A stretch of DNA of 64,000 nucleotides. Origin: Massalongia carnosa. Its lineage: Eukaryota. This document shows, piece by piece, positions 37,767 through 51,600 of the stretch (within the stretch, counting starts at the first letter, position 1; each line of letters begins with the position of its first letter). Position numbers and translations under genes: made by a program. Below the pieces are notes generated by a model that was given only the letters and a program-made list of their open reading frames with translations, had not been told where the DNA came from and ran no database searches. The DNA is taken from positions 1,178,001 to 1,242,000 of the forward strand of contig OZ287080.1 in NCBI GenBank assembly GCA_965645245.1, in the 5' to 3' direction.

Positions 37767-39342
37767 GGCGTTTATTTTGCAGGCACCTGTGATAATCTGT
37801 AAAGGCGATTGGGCAAACGATAGAAGCCTGTGTCTGTAAGAATAAATTCCTCGGGAAGTGTGTTGGGAAATCGCTAGAGACAATAAAGGAAGTATCGCGA
37901 AGTATATGATCAAGCTTGGTGGCCAAAACAACGGAAGTAAATCGCAACTTGGATCGAGGATTCATCTAAGGAACTCTTAACCAGAAGGGAAAGCCTTATT
38001 TTCGGATAAGATGCTATAGAACAAATATGACAACGGACTGAATTTCCAGGGAAACCGTAAAATAGGAATACTAGGGGAAAAATTGACGTCGTGGATGGGG
38101 ATGAGTAGTCCCAAAGGATTGCATCAAGAAATACCACCACTTTCTTGCAATCCTGACAAATAGAGGTCGCTCAAGCTATATATTTGAGATGAAATGGAAA
38201 GATTTCGAACTTCGAACTTCGAGCGAGTTTGTATATGGTTGCAATACATATTATTGATTAATAACAACCCCCAAAACTTTCATTAAGCTTCCAGCTTCTG
38301 TCACGCTAGACCGGCTGTCATATCCCATAAATAGGATCGCATTGATCTAGGTCAGAATCTGCCAGCTGCAGATCGGCATAGAGCCATAGGCTAGATCTTG
38401 TTCGGTCTCGGACGATCCATGCATACACCACTGCTTTTATGAAGATAAGCTTCATCAGTGTAGTCCTGGTTGGCTTGCTCAATGTATGCGTGTTAGCGCT
38501 GGGTTTCTGCAGATATTTAGTGAGTGTTTGGAATATCAAGCAAACGAGATCAAATTTGAGTGTCAGATCCTAGTAATCTGAAGGCGAATTCTAACCTGTA
38601 AGATCGTATCGGATTGTAATAGCAAAATTCTTTTTAGCAAAATTCCTAGATCCCGCAATATAATGTTTGGTTTAGACGAGCCAGCTGTCGGTCATTCACC
38701 AACAACGTACGCCCAAAAAGCTTCAGTCTGAGCATCGGAGTTAAGATTGGTATGGTGGTGCGTGTCGTCCAAGGCCACCGGGACAGCTGTATCCTGTGAG
38801 AATATCCAGAAATATGAGACGGCATCTTAGATAGGGGGCGCCTTCAAAGTAGTCACCTCGAAGCTCAGTTGAGTTTCATCATCTTACGTCTGTGCAGCGG
38901 TAGCAGGCGGATCTGGTGCCTATGTTGTTCTAACGGGAAATGCTCGTATGCAAGCTAGTCTGGAACACCAGCTTATGATGAAATACATCTGGATCCTGCC
39001 CTGAGTTGATGCATGTAAGATCCAGTAAGTAACATCTTGTGTTAATTACACCCTGTCTCTGAGCTCTGTGAGATGAACATGAGTTGAGTTTCACCATAGA
39101 ACATGATAAGAAGTTGCAGAACAAGGCTTTCTCATCGTGAAAGATTAAGGTGACACCCACCGAAATCACATGATAGCAGTTTATCATGTGACCAAAAGAT
39201 TATCGCCTAGGAGGTATGAGTAGTCGGTGCTATCGAAACATCTAAGTTTTTCGCTCGACTCAACTATCAAAGACGAGAAGTTCGTTGCCTAGTCACTTGT
39301 CGCTATATTCCTTCTGCCGTTTCCAGCGTCGTGATAGATATC

Positions 39343-40083
39343 ATGTCTTCCGCAGTAGACGATCAAGGCAGCCCGCAGCAGATTGTGGCTAGGAGCCGGT
39401 TGATCAAAGACCTACAGGCAGAGGTGGCCGAGCTAAAGCGAGAGGTAGATACGTTGAAATCGGAGAAAGAGCATGACAGAGATCTGATAAGTTCTCTCAA
39501 AGCCGAGACTCGGGCGTATCTGGCAGAAACCGATCGGCTAAGTGCACGTGTCCAGGAGTCTGACGCGAAAGCTCTGATCGATCTTCCGATCACGAGAATA
39601 GGCCAACAAGTACGGCTTCGATTCCTCCAAATGAATCGCCGGAGAATGAAACAACCGCTCAGCAGAGCCTCCAGAGAACACATCACATTAGCCGTCAAGG
39701 CTGGAGATCGCGCAGCCCACCGAGGGAAACCGCTTGCTGACGCCTCACTCTATCTGACGCGACAGATCTCCAACGTGAGCATTTACAAAGACCTGTACGG
39801 TCTGACTCCCGAGGAAATGCAAATGTGGAAAGACGTACCTGCAATGATCGACACTTGCGGATTTCATGCATCCTTGCAGAGCGAGGGTAAGCTGTCGCCC
39901 AAGTTTCAAGCTCTCTTCGAGCGGTTTTTGGAAGCCACGACAACATATTCATCTTCCGCGGAACTACGCGTTGCGTTTGAAGAGAACAGGGCGTTGCAGT
40001 GTAGGCAAGATGACTTGAGAAACTGCTTTGATGAAATCGTCCACGCGAATCCCCATGGGCATCCTGCGTTGTCAAAACAGTGA
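39343..40083 (+). CDS. Hypothetical coiled-coil protein
   Basis: 246-aa single-exon ORF; N-terminal heptads; GDRAAH...DASLY...LYGL motif. Confidence 0.7.
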   Translation: MSSAVDDQGSPQQIVARSRLIKDLQAEVAELKREVDTLKSEKEHDRDLISSLKAETRAYLAETDRLSARVQESDAKALIDLPITRIGQQVRLRFLQMNRRRMKQPLSRASREHITLAVKAGDRAAHRGKPLADASLYLTRQISNVSIYKDLYGLTPEEMQMWKDVPAMIDTCGFHASLQSEGKLSPKFQALFERFLEATTTYSSSAELRVAFEENRALQCRQDDLRNCFDEIVHANPHGHPALSKQ

Positions 40084-41166
40084 AGACGGAGGCAAGATGG
40101 GCTGTTAGTCGTCAAAAGCGACATGTTAGAGTTATTGCCTTGGCACTAAACGGTTTGCGGATCTTTGATGCTTGAACATGGAAAATCGTCGGCAACTGCT
40201 ACGTATATATAGTCATATCGCGATTTGGATATATGAAGTAGCAGCACAAACTGCCTGTCTAACATCTTTCTGATTGCTTTTCTTCCCACTATTCGGTTTC
40301 TAGCCACCATATCACCTTCATATTAAAACAATTCAGCTTCCTGACCTTTACTATTTGTTCATCCATCAGATTAACCCTTAACCCTCTACTAGCATTCATC
40401 AATGTTTCCCATCGAAATCCTTGTTGAACAGGAAAACCAACCATTTTGAAATCAAGATTGGTTCCATTGAAAGGTCAAATGGCAATCTCCTCAATTCAAA
40501 GATTAAATCCTTTTCCAACCAGAAGAACGGTTCAATCGAAGCCCAACACCCATCTTCGAACTCCCCAAAACTCGGCAAAGCCAAAGCGCCGCTCTCCTGA
40601 AACCTCATCTTCCAACCATCCCATCCCAGCCCAGAGAAACAATTGCTCCATACCGTACAGGCCCGTCCGGATAACCCCCCGCCATACTGGCCAAGTAGCT
40701 GCAAATGGCACATGACATCACCCACAACCCTAGCTACATCTCGGTAAAAATAAATCTATCCAGGTAACGGTAAAAAGACCGTTTCTGCATAATAAAGTGA
40801 CAATACCAAGCTAGCCAATCTATCCTACAACTGGCCAGTCACCGCGTCCCAACCAATCAATGCTCGTGCAGCATCGACAACGAACCCCAATCATCCACCC
40901 CGTCCTTGACCGACCATAGCACAGAGCAGTAAGCAGCGCTCGCTGGCTTTTGGCCCTCACTCAACACTGAAGCGCGATAGAAAAATCCCAGAAGCGGACG
41001 GAACGGGATTCATATCCCCGTATAATAATCGGCGGTTCGGGACTAGCCCGCTACGATGACGAAATCTTTTGCTCAGCTGCGTTCATCCCATCCATCAATC
41101 CACAAATCTTTTCAATTTCGCCTCTTCCAAACTCCCCATATCAGCTTCCCCCTCCCAAAAATCCCC

Positions 41167-43131
41167 TCATCTCAAAAAAAACCCCAAGCTCCCAGCCCCC
41201 TCCACCACCTCTCCCGAATCTAGAACCAGGCACGAAACTCCCCTCTCGCGCGCTCTTCTCCCCATCCCCGCCGCTTCTGCGGGTCCCACCCGCGCGTCCC
41301 CACTCCCTGAGACGGCCAAAGAACCTTGCTGGCACGGCCGCAGAGGGAGCGATCCAACGTGGAGACCGGGAGCGGGGGGGGTTTCTGGTGGTGGTATTGC
41401 GGTGGGGAAAAGATGGTTTCGGTAGGGATCGGTGGGGGCGCGAACGGGCCGGTGGGGCAGATGCTCTTGCAGCGCGGCGTGGAAGTTACGCGGGAGGAGG
41501 AGAGGGGGGTCAGTGGCGCGTGGGGATGGAAGGGCTTTGTTGTCCATGTCCTTACGGAGGAGTTGGACCTGTCTCTTCATCTCGCGCCACAGCTCATAGT
41601 CATCGAGATGGTCGTCGTCGTGGTCGTCGTCGCCGTGATCGCCGCCCCCGACCGTTTCCTCTGAGCGATGGCCCGCGATGACGAGCAGCGTGGCGACGAA
41701 GGCTTCCTTCAGATAGGCGAAACTGAAATCCTGCGTGATGGCCGCAATGGCGGGGGAGAGAACTTTGGGAAACTTGATGGTGGGCTTGTACTTGAGCTTC
41801 TCGCGCCAATACTCACAGTACATGACACGCTCCTCCTCGTTCGGGAGCGGAAACAAGTGCTTGCGGTCGAAGCGGCTGGGGCGGCTGGACAGGCCCGGGT
41901 CCAGGCGATCGAGATGGTTGGTTGAGGCTACCATGAAGATGCCATCGTTGTTCTCGAGGCCGTCGACCTCGTTGAAGAAGTAGGAGCGGCTGCTGGGGGT
42001 GACGATGGTGTCGATGTCTTCAAGGATGAGCATGCAGGGAGCCATGTAGCGGGCTTGGGTGAAGATATTGCGGATATCGTAGGTGCGGGGGGCAGATTTA
42101 ACGTAGAGGGCTGGGATGGAAGTAGCACTGATAATGGAGAGGGAGTGCATGAGCGCTAAGGGGGGTAAGCCGATGTTTTGGGCAGAATTAGGGTTGGGGT
42201 GGATATACCTTTGATCGAGACTGTCTTTCCGTTACCCGCTGGTCCATGGAAGATGACTCCTCGCTATTATCGAGAATTAGTAATAGTCAGAACCATGTCA
42301 TCTTCCACAAAAGCGGAGAAGTAGCAAGTCTATCCACGCAGTTCTACGGACTCAAAGAGTTTTCACTCCTTAAAACAGTGCATGGGTTCTCTCACCTTCC
42401 ATGGCACTCCAAGATCCTGGTAAATATCCTTGCCTGGGTTTCCTCAGTACATGCACATATCTGTAAACAGGCGAAGTGCTCAACTTACTCTCAAAGAATT
42501 TCCGCATGAGTTCGGTCACAGTCTTTTTCATCTCCTCATTCAAAATCACGTCCTTCCATCTAGCTTTCTGGACCTCAAGCCACAAAGCCCTGTTGGCGGC
42601 CCAGTATCCATCGTACACGTAGATGAAATTCTCATCGTGGACCGCAAAGGCTGACCCAACGGCGAAAATCAAAGCGTCGGTGACGGCACAATGCGAGTTT
42701 GTGGACTCACCGTCCGCCGGCTCTTTGAGGATGTAGTTGTAAATGCCAACATAAGTTCCCATGTCGACCGTGTACAGAATGAAATCGTCGGAAGCCCACC
42801 TGTAGCGATATTTGGCAAAGATTCTGGCTTCGGCGAGCTGGTCCGGAACACCTGACCGAACGCTTCCGTTGTAGAAGTAACGCATCCGCTCAATGCTGTC
42901 GGTGGTAATGTCTAGTTCCGAGGTTGCATTGCCCATGGCGGCGAATTGGAGAAGAGGCACATTCCTTGCTGTGACAACTGTAAGATTCAACTCCGGGTAT
43001 TGACGACGAAGAGCAGCCTGGATGGATGTGTTCAAGTCATAGGCGTGACCGGAGTGAATTTCTTCATAGCCATCGTACACCTTCTGGTGGCTCAAGGACG
43101 TGATCATGGTAAAAGGTTCGGATTCAGACAT
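41167..43131 (-). CDS. AAA+ ATPase (fungal single-domain type)
   Basis: WKDVIL, Walker A HGPAGNGKT (~42220-42250), Walker B LILEDID, STNH, RPSRFDRK, FSFAYLKE; several introns. Confidence 0.9.
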
Positions 43132-44169
43132 GATGATCAATGACAGACTCTTTTTTCCGTAATAGAATGACTGGCAGAAAAATGGAAGATGTCAACGGTG
43201 GTTCATGAAGAACAGATGTATTTTTTTGGATATTAAACTGAACTATTTGTCCAGCTAGTACAGAGTATACCTAGCCGATAAATAAAGGATCTCATTGCAG
43301 GCAAAAATATTCTGCCCTATATAATCGACATGTCTCAGTTCGTGCCGCCATGGCCAACGCACAGCCGGCTTGTTCTTCCGAGGGATGTTCTCTTTTGTTG
43401 GTTATTTTCGATTATTTCCGTCCATCGAGCTATGCAAGGTATGCGATTCTTGAGTGGTTCGATCGTTGATCCGCTGTTGATCACTGGTCGAGAACCACAT
43501 GAAACTACCGAACCCCTCCTGCATTGGTTGTGCCGCATACTTAACTCCGCCTTTCCCAACAACAACCGGGGAGTGAACCTGTTGATTTGCAGGCGACGTT
43601 GCCTGATTCTCACTGCCACTTTCGAGACTAGCTAGCTTGACGGCCTAGCTAGGTTCTTCAGACTAGTATTTGCAATCTACCTTGTTCGAACGGTGAATCT
43701 GTAAGTGAGCTAACGTGCGAAGTATTGGAGCATCGTCACACATCTGTTGATTGGGAGAGTAGCATTGAAGAAACGGGATCTCGATGGATGAGTTGAGATG
43801 AGTTGCGAATGCTGAGACCGTGTGACGGTTTGACGGCAGCGCTGCGCAGTAAGGAATATATTTCAATGTTGATTGAGTTGTGAAAGATCCAAGATATTTG
43901 ATGTGCGTTGGAGAAATATTGTCAAGGATGGCTTGCTGTCCATTTTATTTGTCTATCCGAGATTCAGCATTGGCTATTGAATCGGGTTTGTTGGCTGTAC
44001 TGACTCTTATTAATTAATAAAACTATTGGAACGAATAGCAATGGTGGGAAAACGGAATCAAATCGTAGGGCCTCGAACACCAAGCACATTCTCTACTATG
44101 CTCATCATCTAGTTGTAGAACCCTTCCTCGCACCATGAGGCTTTACGGCTCTGCGAAAATTCCAGTTTG

Positions 44170-45181
44170 TTAGTTAAAGTGCGAACATTTGATTTGGTTA
44201 GATTCGATCAAGAGGTTGAAGGTGTTTTCTCTACATATTTTCTCGTAGTTTCCTACTAAAAACGTGGGAAAACTTACGTCTGGGTCATAACTTTGACAGC
44301 AGAATTGTAGGTAACGCGATCCACATGGAGTTACTCCCTTTTGGACGGCGTTGCCAGGCATTTCCTGTTTCTTTTGGACGCTATTCGGAAGCCCATCTAA
44401 GGATCATGTCATAATTAGTTAAAGAAGTTTTTCAGGCTCGTTCCGTAAAACATGAAGGAAAGACTAGGGGCTTTTGGTTCAATGCTTCTTAGAGATGAGG
44501 GTTTGAGGGAACGGGGGGCAAAATGGTCACAAAGCCACCAAGAAACAACGCGGCGACGAAACAGTGACACGCACACTGATAACATTGTTTGTAAACATTC
44601 TTCCACCGGTCTGAGCCATCGTAGCAGCAAAGTGGGGTTCTGTTCCCCTGACATATCGCCTTTTGAGGTGTAATTGGTCTTGGCTCCAGCTGAAAATATT
44701 GCAGAAAACCGTGTAGGCTGTCATAAATGTTACGCAAAGGAAAATAAGGCCGATGACCATGGAAAGAATTTCCAGTCAGTAACCCATCGTCTAGAGAGCC
44801 AGTGGGTGGAGTTTTATTTGGATCGTCTGCAAGGTCTTGCGGTTGAGCTGGTGAAATATAGTATTCTTCATTGTTGGAGCTCACGGGCGGAGAATTTCCT
44901 CCGTAATCTGAATTGATGATGCTTGTCTCCCCCTGGTTTGGAGTGGCTGAACCGATGCCATCCGTGTCTGTAGTTTCGTCCGCTTTAGCGGTTGGGGTTA
45001 AGTTGTCAAAACCCCCCAGGTTCGCACTGTCTTGGAGGAATTGATCATTTGACTTCTCAGTTTCGAGGCCATTGAAGGCTAAATTGACCAACTGATCTGA
45101 ATTAAAAGAATCTTGCGCGATGGGTTTGACGAAAATAGCACACAGGAATATGCTGCCTGCGAGGAGAATGGAAAAACGCAT
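44170..45181 (-). CDS. Secreted protein with acidic low-complexity N-terminus and hydrophobin-like Cys domain
   Basis: MRFSILLAGS signal; ICQGNRTPLCC...QCY | intron | PCGSRYLQFCC...C; 3' end approximate. Confidence 0.65.
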
Positions 45182-46499
45182 ATCTCATGAGGAAGCATAG
45201 CCCGAAATTGTAAACAAGAAATCCCACAACCCCGACGAAGATTTATAGCAGAGCAAATTCGGGATAATCAGGAAGCGAGAGAGGCAGGGAGCCTTGAAGC
45301 CCAAGGCGCACTGATCGTACACTGATTTATGGCTCGTTATCCCGCTTATTTAACCTGTCGAGAAAGCGGGCCGGAGCGTATGCAAGCGATTACGATTCCT
45401 GCAAGGATCCAATAAAGATCCAAACAAGGTACACAGAATCCTCACGATCTAACGATGCTGTGCCGATCGGCCCATGCCCCGGAGAAGAAAGCACGGCCGA
45501 GCATGATCATGAGCCTAGGCCATGGAAAATCTAGATCGGCGAGAACGAAGTCAGAAACTTGAACCGAACGAGATAGGAAGACCAAAAGACTCTAAAGCAT
45601 TTGAAGTCCTGGATCTAATGTGGCAGTAAACGGTCGATTGCGTAATGAGTTAGGTTCTAGCGCTGAGAAATTGGATAGATTGGGATTTCTCACGATAGCA
45701 CGAAGAAGTAGTATCCGGGCGCTGTCTGTATTACGACCGTGTCGATAAAATCGATGACCCTCACCAGACGGCAACCAACTCAACTGGAATCTCACTTACC
45801 CACTGGTAACCGCGTTGTAGCTAATACCCATGCTAGATTAATAATGAGCAACGAAGGATCGTCTCTCAGCAAGTGGCTCAGGACCCGACCACCCCTTTTC
45901 CGCACAAACCACTGTAGCGGAATCGACACTTAATTCAACGCCTCGACTAATCTCAAATATCTGTCAAACTGCTGTAATCGTTCCCTGACCGCGATCTCAA
46001 CCCGAGTCTACACACTAGGATCAGGTATTGAAGCTACAATCGGCACATAATAATCAATCATCTTGAAGCATTGTGGTGGCTAGGGTTTGGTGGATTTGAC
46101 AAAGGGCTGAACTAATGCAACAAAATCTATGAACTGGTTGAATATAAAGTGACTTCCAAGTTTTGGGTTCGCGTTGGAAGACACATGGTAGGAGTATAGG
46201 GTTAGCGTGCGGTGGTACATTAAGGGCGTCTAAAGAGCGTCCTAGCATTGCTATGATCTAGCACCTGTTCGATCGAAAATCCGTCTATGAGGAACGGAAT
46301 GAGGTGATTTATTCAACCTCGTACTCTGTATTCCAAGCAGCGATCCAAGCGAGGAGTCCACTTCGGTTCTCAGCTATTTTTAAAGCGTTCCTTGCAGTAA
46401 GCGGCTTTTCTGGTCTACGGTATTTGATGTTATTAGCGAATGCCAAAGAAACAAGAGTAGTTTCGAGCGCTTTTTACTTCTTCTGCCGAAGGACTGATT

Positions 46500-47403
46500 C
46501 AAGAGATAGGAGAAGAGGGTACCCTAGGGGAGAAGACTTGACAGCAGAACTGGAAACTGTACCATCCGCATGGTATAATTTCTGACTTAAGGTCGAAAGG
46601 GTGTGCATCTGCCGTGGTTGAACTACGACTGGATAGAGTTTTGTTGGCTTTGTCGTGATTACGATCGGGCGGAGAAACTACGCGGGAAACTTAGCATTTA
46701 AACATCCTTATGGGGAAGAGATGAAACCCCCGGGTGCTGTCTCTTGTTTTAGTTGCAGGGAATGAGCGATAAGGAAAGGAAATTTTTTGGAGAGGGGTAC
46801 GTACATACATAAATAGCAGTTACCTACAATGCCTTTGTCTTTGTCCACGATATCGCTGCAACAGAGAGCTTTTGGGTATTTATAGTCGCAATAATTCAGG
46901 CTGGCTGGAGTAAAAAATCTAAAGCGCGGTTCAGGTATGGTAATGTCTGGTAAGGGAGAGGAAGTAAGGGCGATAGAGGCCCGGCGAGGCCATTAGCAAC
47001 CAAGCTGTCTGGGTTGACTGTTGATGGATTGTCTAAATCGGTTGCTGTGACTTCTGTTATAGCCGATGAGAACGCATGGGTTCATCGTCAGTGTTGACCG
47101 GGAACGTAGAGTTTGAGGTATCCGGCGACGTCGGCGGAAAAGCGTCTGAAACGATAGGGCTTTCCTCGTCCTGGTTCTGGCCGTCTGATACCTTACCATC
47201 AACGGCTACAGTTTTATCGGATTTGACAGCATCAGCGGAACTTGAGCCAGTTTCGGCTTGTAATGAGTTATTTGGAATCTCGCTATTGAAGTCGCTGAAA
47301 GCTACAGCGTACGACTGATCGGTATTAAAGGAGTTTTGAGTGAGCGGCTTGGCATTGCCAGCGGAGAGAACACGCTGCATGCGAACAGTAAGAGGAAACG
47401 CAT
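46500..47403 (-). pseudogene. Frameshifted tandem paralog of 44170-45181
   Basis: MRFLLLFACS, KPLTQNSFNTDQ, YRPYF, YCDYKYPKALCC...NCY, PCGWYSFQFCC match the neighbour but lie in different frames. Confidence 0.7.
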
Positions 47404-48189
47404 AGTTAGAGAGGAAGACGGTGAAGATGTGAGCCTGGCTTGTCTACGAGAACGAAGAAAAATAAAAATATAGTCTTAAGGTCAAGAAAGAAGGGAAAAT
47501 CGGGGATCGGAAAGTCTGAGCTCGCTAACAACAATAGTGGAATATGTTTATATTCATCAAATAAGAAGCCTCAACGCACACGGCTCGATTCTCGAGACGG
47601 ACGGCAGATACAGTTAGCCAGCGGGATCGATAGAACGAAGATTGAAACATGAAAAATGGAACACACGAAAGGCTTCCACGATTTAAAAACAGCCTCAGCA
47701 CAAAAAGCCTTGTACACAGGTATGTACTAATAAGTTGAGATTCCTCAAGTAGCGGGGAGAACTTCGGGACGAAAACGTAAGTTAGGCACTCTCTAAGGAA
47801 CCAATGGAGGAGTGATGCCGTTCCTTACCGAAGGTCGATGAATAACGACCCACTACCGCATAACTTATCGCGTCAGCATCTCCGAACCGCAAGATTCAAG
47901 TTCGGCGCAACCTCTAGAGGTAGACATTGATGGCAAAAAAATAAAACAAAAAGATGTTCCGGCTAAAACACTCTTTAAAATCTCAAGGTCTTTTTAAAGT
48001 ATTCGTAAGATTCGCAGTCCTAATCTTAAGTGAAAGCTACCTACCTGCGCTGTACCTGAGAGCATCTTGATATCTGGGTGCGAATCATGCAACTAAAGGG
48101 ACTTATGCTGCAGGAACAAAAATTAAAAGGGATGGTTTTCATGTAGAAAGATGTGGGGAGACGAGGTAAGAAATGGCGAAATTTTCTCA

Positions 48190-49900
48190 CTTATAAGATT
48201 TCACACCTCCATCCTTCCTCTATATTCCTTCCAATGGCGCCACCAATCTCAACCTCATGCCCTTATTCAACTCTCTTCTTTTCCTGTGTAAACGTTCTAT
48301 GCAAGCCATCCTCCTTCGCCCGCCTTTCCATCAGTCACCTCGCGCTTCCATTCTTGCAGCTCCTGGCAGGACCGGCTGCTCGCGCGCATCCGATCGCCAT
48401 AACCGCTGAATCCAAACGGCACTACCGTCATCACCAAGCTTAAGCATCCCAATATCGTGCTCGCCTCACGCAATCTCTAGCTTATGATACATGGGTAGCC
48501 TCGCGGAGGGCAGAACGGCGCCGAGTATGTACGCGAATAACTTTCGGACGCCATGGCGCTGGCGGTGAAAATGACTTATCCGTCGCTGAGGTAGTTTGAT
48601 TGAGGCTATGAAGAAGCCGATACCAAACGGTAGGCCGGCTGTCAGGGCACCATCCAGTGCAAGTGTGGATTGGCAGACTAGCCGAGCCAGAAAAACGATA
48701 TCACATACAATGGGCAGCCGATGCAAGCGAGTGGGTGACGCCGGTATTCTTCGATAGAGTGCTATTGCGTATTGACTTTTTTTTGGCTCGTTGGATCACT
48801 CCATCGTAACAGATGAAGATCCCACAGGCGATGCAGGCACCAAAAGGGTTTATGGCTTACTTGAAAGAATGCTATGCGGGATATCCCCAGAGTCATCCCA
48901 GAAGCCTTAGCGGTAGGTCCTAAAGGCCTGCAATATTCCTTATATTTACCTTGAGAGATTAACGGATAAGCTTCGAAAAACATATCTGATAACCAGTAAT
49001 TAAAGCCGGTTTTTCGAAATCGGTGGGTAGTATTATCGCTTCAAAAGCTTACGGGAAATTGCATATACCGGCGCAAGGCATACAAAAGAGAAGAGAGTAA
49101 GATGCTCGGAAAGGAGCATTCGCTCGCAGTGGCCTCATCAGTAGAACAGTGAGCATCGAGGGCCGCCCCTTTCTCGGGTTCTATAGAGGCTACAATCTTC
49201 AAATTATATTTATCCCTCCACGTTCTCATGGCTCGCTGGCAAAAAACTGTAGGTCCGTAGGTTTCTAGTGTGAATGCTAAAAATACGAGCGAAAACATAG
49301 CGACGATAAGACCTACCCAAAAGGTCGACCTCCAGTCTCGATTGAGACAAGCCCCGAAATGGTTGGGGCTACAAGTGATCCACAAGTTGTAGCCTCGTCA
49401 TGACCAGGCAGACGTCGAATTCGGGATGGAGAGTGGCTTACCGCCGCCGTCGTGCATGCCTAGAAGTCCATCGACGACGGCAATGGCGCTCGAAGCGCTG
49501 ATACCGGCAGATAATCGAACGATCGAAAGTAGTGACCAGGTATGTGAACTGCACAAGCTAGGGTGACCAGGGTAAAGGAGACAAAGTTTGACACCATGAT
49601 CAACTCCCTGCCATAACGAAGACTGGAGCAACGATATATCCCGCCGAGAATAACGATATAGGAAGCATAAATCGCACTTCGCTTGTAACATTTAAAAATA
49701 GAATCATAAAAGAATTCGCTCCATTTGGTAACAAGGAGCCTAAAGTGCTATTAAATAACATCATACAATACAAGCAAAAACTATTAAGAACTTCTTGCAC
49801 TATGCTCCTATACCTGACGAATTCTAATACTAGGTAAAAGGTCTTACACTGGACTAGCTGTAAGGGGCTGTCTGGATGATCGGAATCAAACGATAGTTAT
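48190..49900 (-). pseudogene. MFS multidrug transporter (DHA1-like) pseudogene
   Basis: Fragments FNSTLGSLLPNGA, LPISLFSAGYIVAP, DWRSTFWVGLI, LETYGP, FFEAYPLI, RLPIV in different frames with stops. Boundaries approximate. Confidence 0.8.
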
Positions 49901-50652
49901 AATAATATCATTCGTTGCTTCCGCAAAGCATATGGCATGATCAAGACCTACAAAGGTTTGATATACATCTTAAATTAGACAAGATACGAAAACAAATAGC
50001 TGGCGGTGCCTTCGGAGGCTTTTTTGGGTCTGACGGCGGTGAAATTAAAGCTAGTTGTTGACGATACTGGTTCGTGTCTTTTCGCGGATATCTGGATGGG
50101 GTTTTTTTTCTTTGAATCTGCTCTCACTTACCGCTTAGGCTAGACTAAATGTGTAAGGGTTCATTTGCGATATTTTCATGCGGTTTGCTCGATGATGATA
50201 CCCTCGTTCTTTCAACATGAATGACCGCGAATAAAGGCGTCAAGAGTGCTGCGCTGCGGCTGAACAAAACGAACAAATAAGAAGCTTGATGGAGCAAGTG
50301 TAACTGGTCGAGGAAAACATGACTCATATATCCCTTTAAGGAATAATTGGGAAGGCTACATTCATGGCGAAATAGGACTGCCGACTGACAAAACTCGGTT
50401 ACGATGGCTTTCCAGGGGGTTTATATTGCCCAACTTGAGTTAGACCCAAAGTAGATCGTCGAATAGTAGACTTGATGTATCAGGAGCCGTGGCTCCGTCA
50501 GGGTCCATGACGGCGATGACGGCAATTTTGGGACGATAAAAGTTGTCTCGTGGATAAAGTTTCCCCAAAGTCATCCAGAGCGCCTAATTCTTTCGTAGAG
50601 GGCATGCTGAACAGCGTACAGATGTGATCTTCATAAAACGGGAGCACGAATT

Positions 50653-51237
50653 TCAAGACTCTAGATTAATACTTTTGCCAAACCTAGCGTACAGCTGAAT
50701 CTTCAACTGCTCCTTCTCTTCTCGAATTGCTCTTAGTTTACCTTCCACGGCTGACACTGAGTAATCGATCTTTTGAGTCGACGCTGCAAGCAACTCCTGC
50801 ACCACCGATAATGGCAAATTGAAAAAGGTATCGCCAATCTTGTAGCTAGATACGCCAATTAATCAGCTTCGCAACGAGCCCGCCTCCGATCTCCACGCAA
50901 TACCTACGGGACATTGTCGTCTTCGTCAACTAGTTCCAATTCGCCGGATAACTCCTCCAAGTCCTCCTTCTCCTTCTATCGGAACCGTCAGCGCATGTTT
51001 CGCCATTTGACCGGAAGAAGGGACAAACTGCTTTGGCATTCAAGTCTTCTTCGAGTAACATTTCCCGCTGGTGCAGGCGACTGAATTTGTTGATCTTGTC
51101 TTGATCTTCGCGACGCACCTCGAGGTCCTCGTTTCCGACGGTAGCCTCGTCCTCTTTCGATAGCTGCACTCTAGTTAAAGACTGTGCTTCAGAGTGGTCA
51201 ACACCATCACTTTGATACTCACCATGCGTCGCTGCAT
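50653..51237 (-). CDS. GIM3: Prefoldin subunit 4
   Basis: MQRRM|LSKEDE...EVRREDQDKINKFSRLHQRE, YKIGDTFF, LKIQLYARFGKSINLES*; three introns. Confidence 0.93.
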
Positions 51238-51600
51238 GTCTAATCTTGATAGTGTGGTTCCACACGCTTACCGGTAAGAAATCAATGGCACAGGGTGCCA
51301 CTATAAGTTGGTGCTTAAGGTAACGGTAGCCTTACCAAATTATCGGGATACTTCACACTATTCTTTCCCTGCGTGAGAAGATAAAAAACCAAACTCTGTT
51401 TTCGGACTCTGTGCCTTCCACCCATTGGACCACGAATTAACTCGCAAGCATGACTAATGATGAACATCCCTCCGCTTGATTAAACATAATTAAGTTAGCA
51501 TGCAAGACTGCGTGACATTTTGGCTGTGTTTGTCAGTAGTTTCAGAAAACGAACACAAAATACAGACATTTTCATCATTTCATCATTTCATCATTTCATC

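Noticed and set aside
51569..51600. (ATTTCATC)x4 next to Tc1 copy 2 as serial footprints
   Set aside because: Slippage is simpler; it also makes the apparent ATC duplication possibly coincidental.
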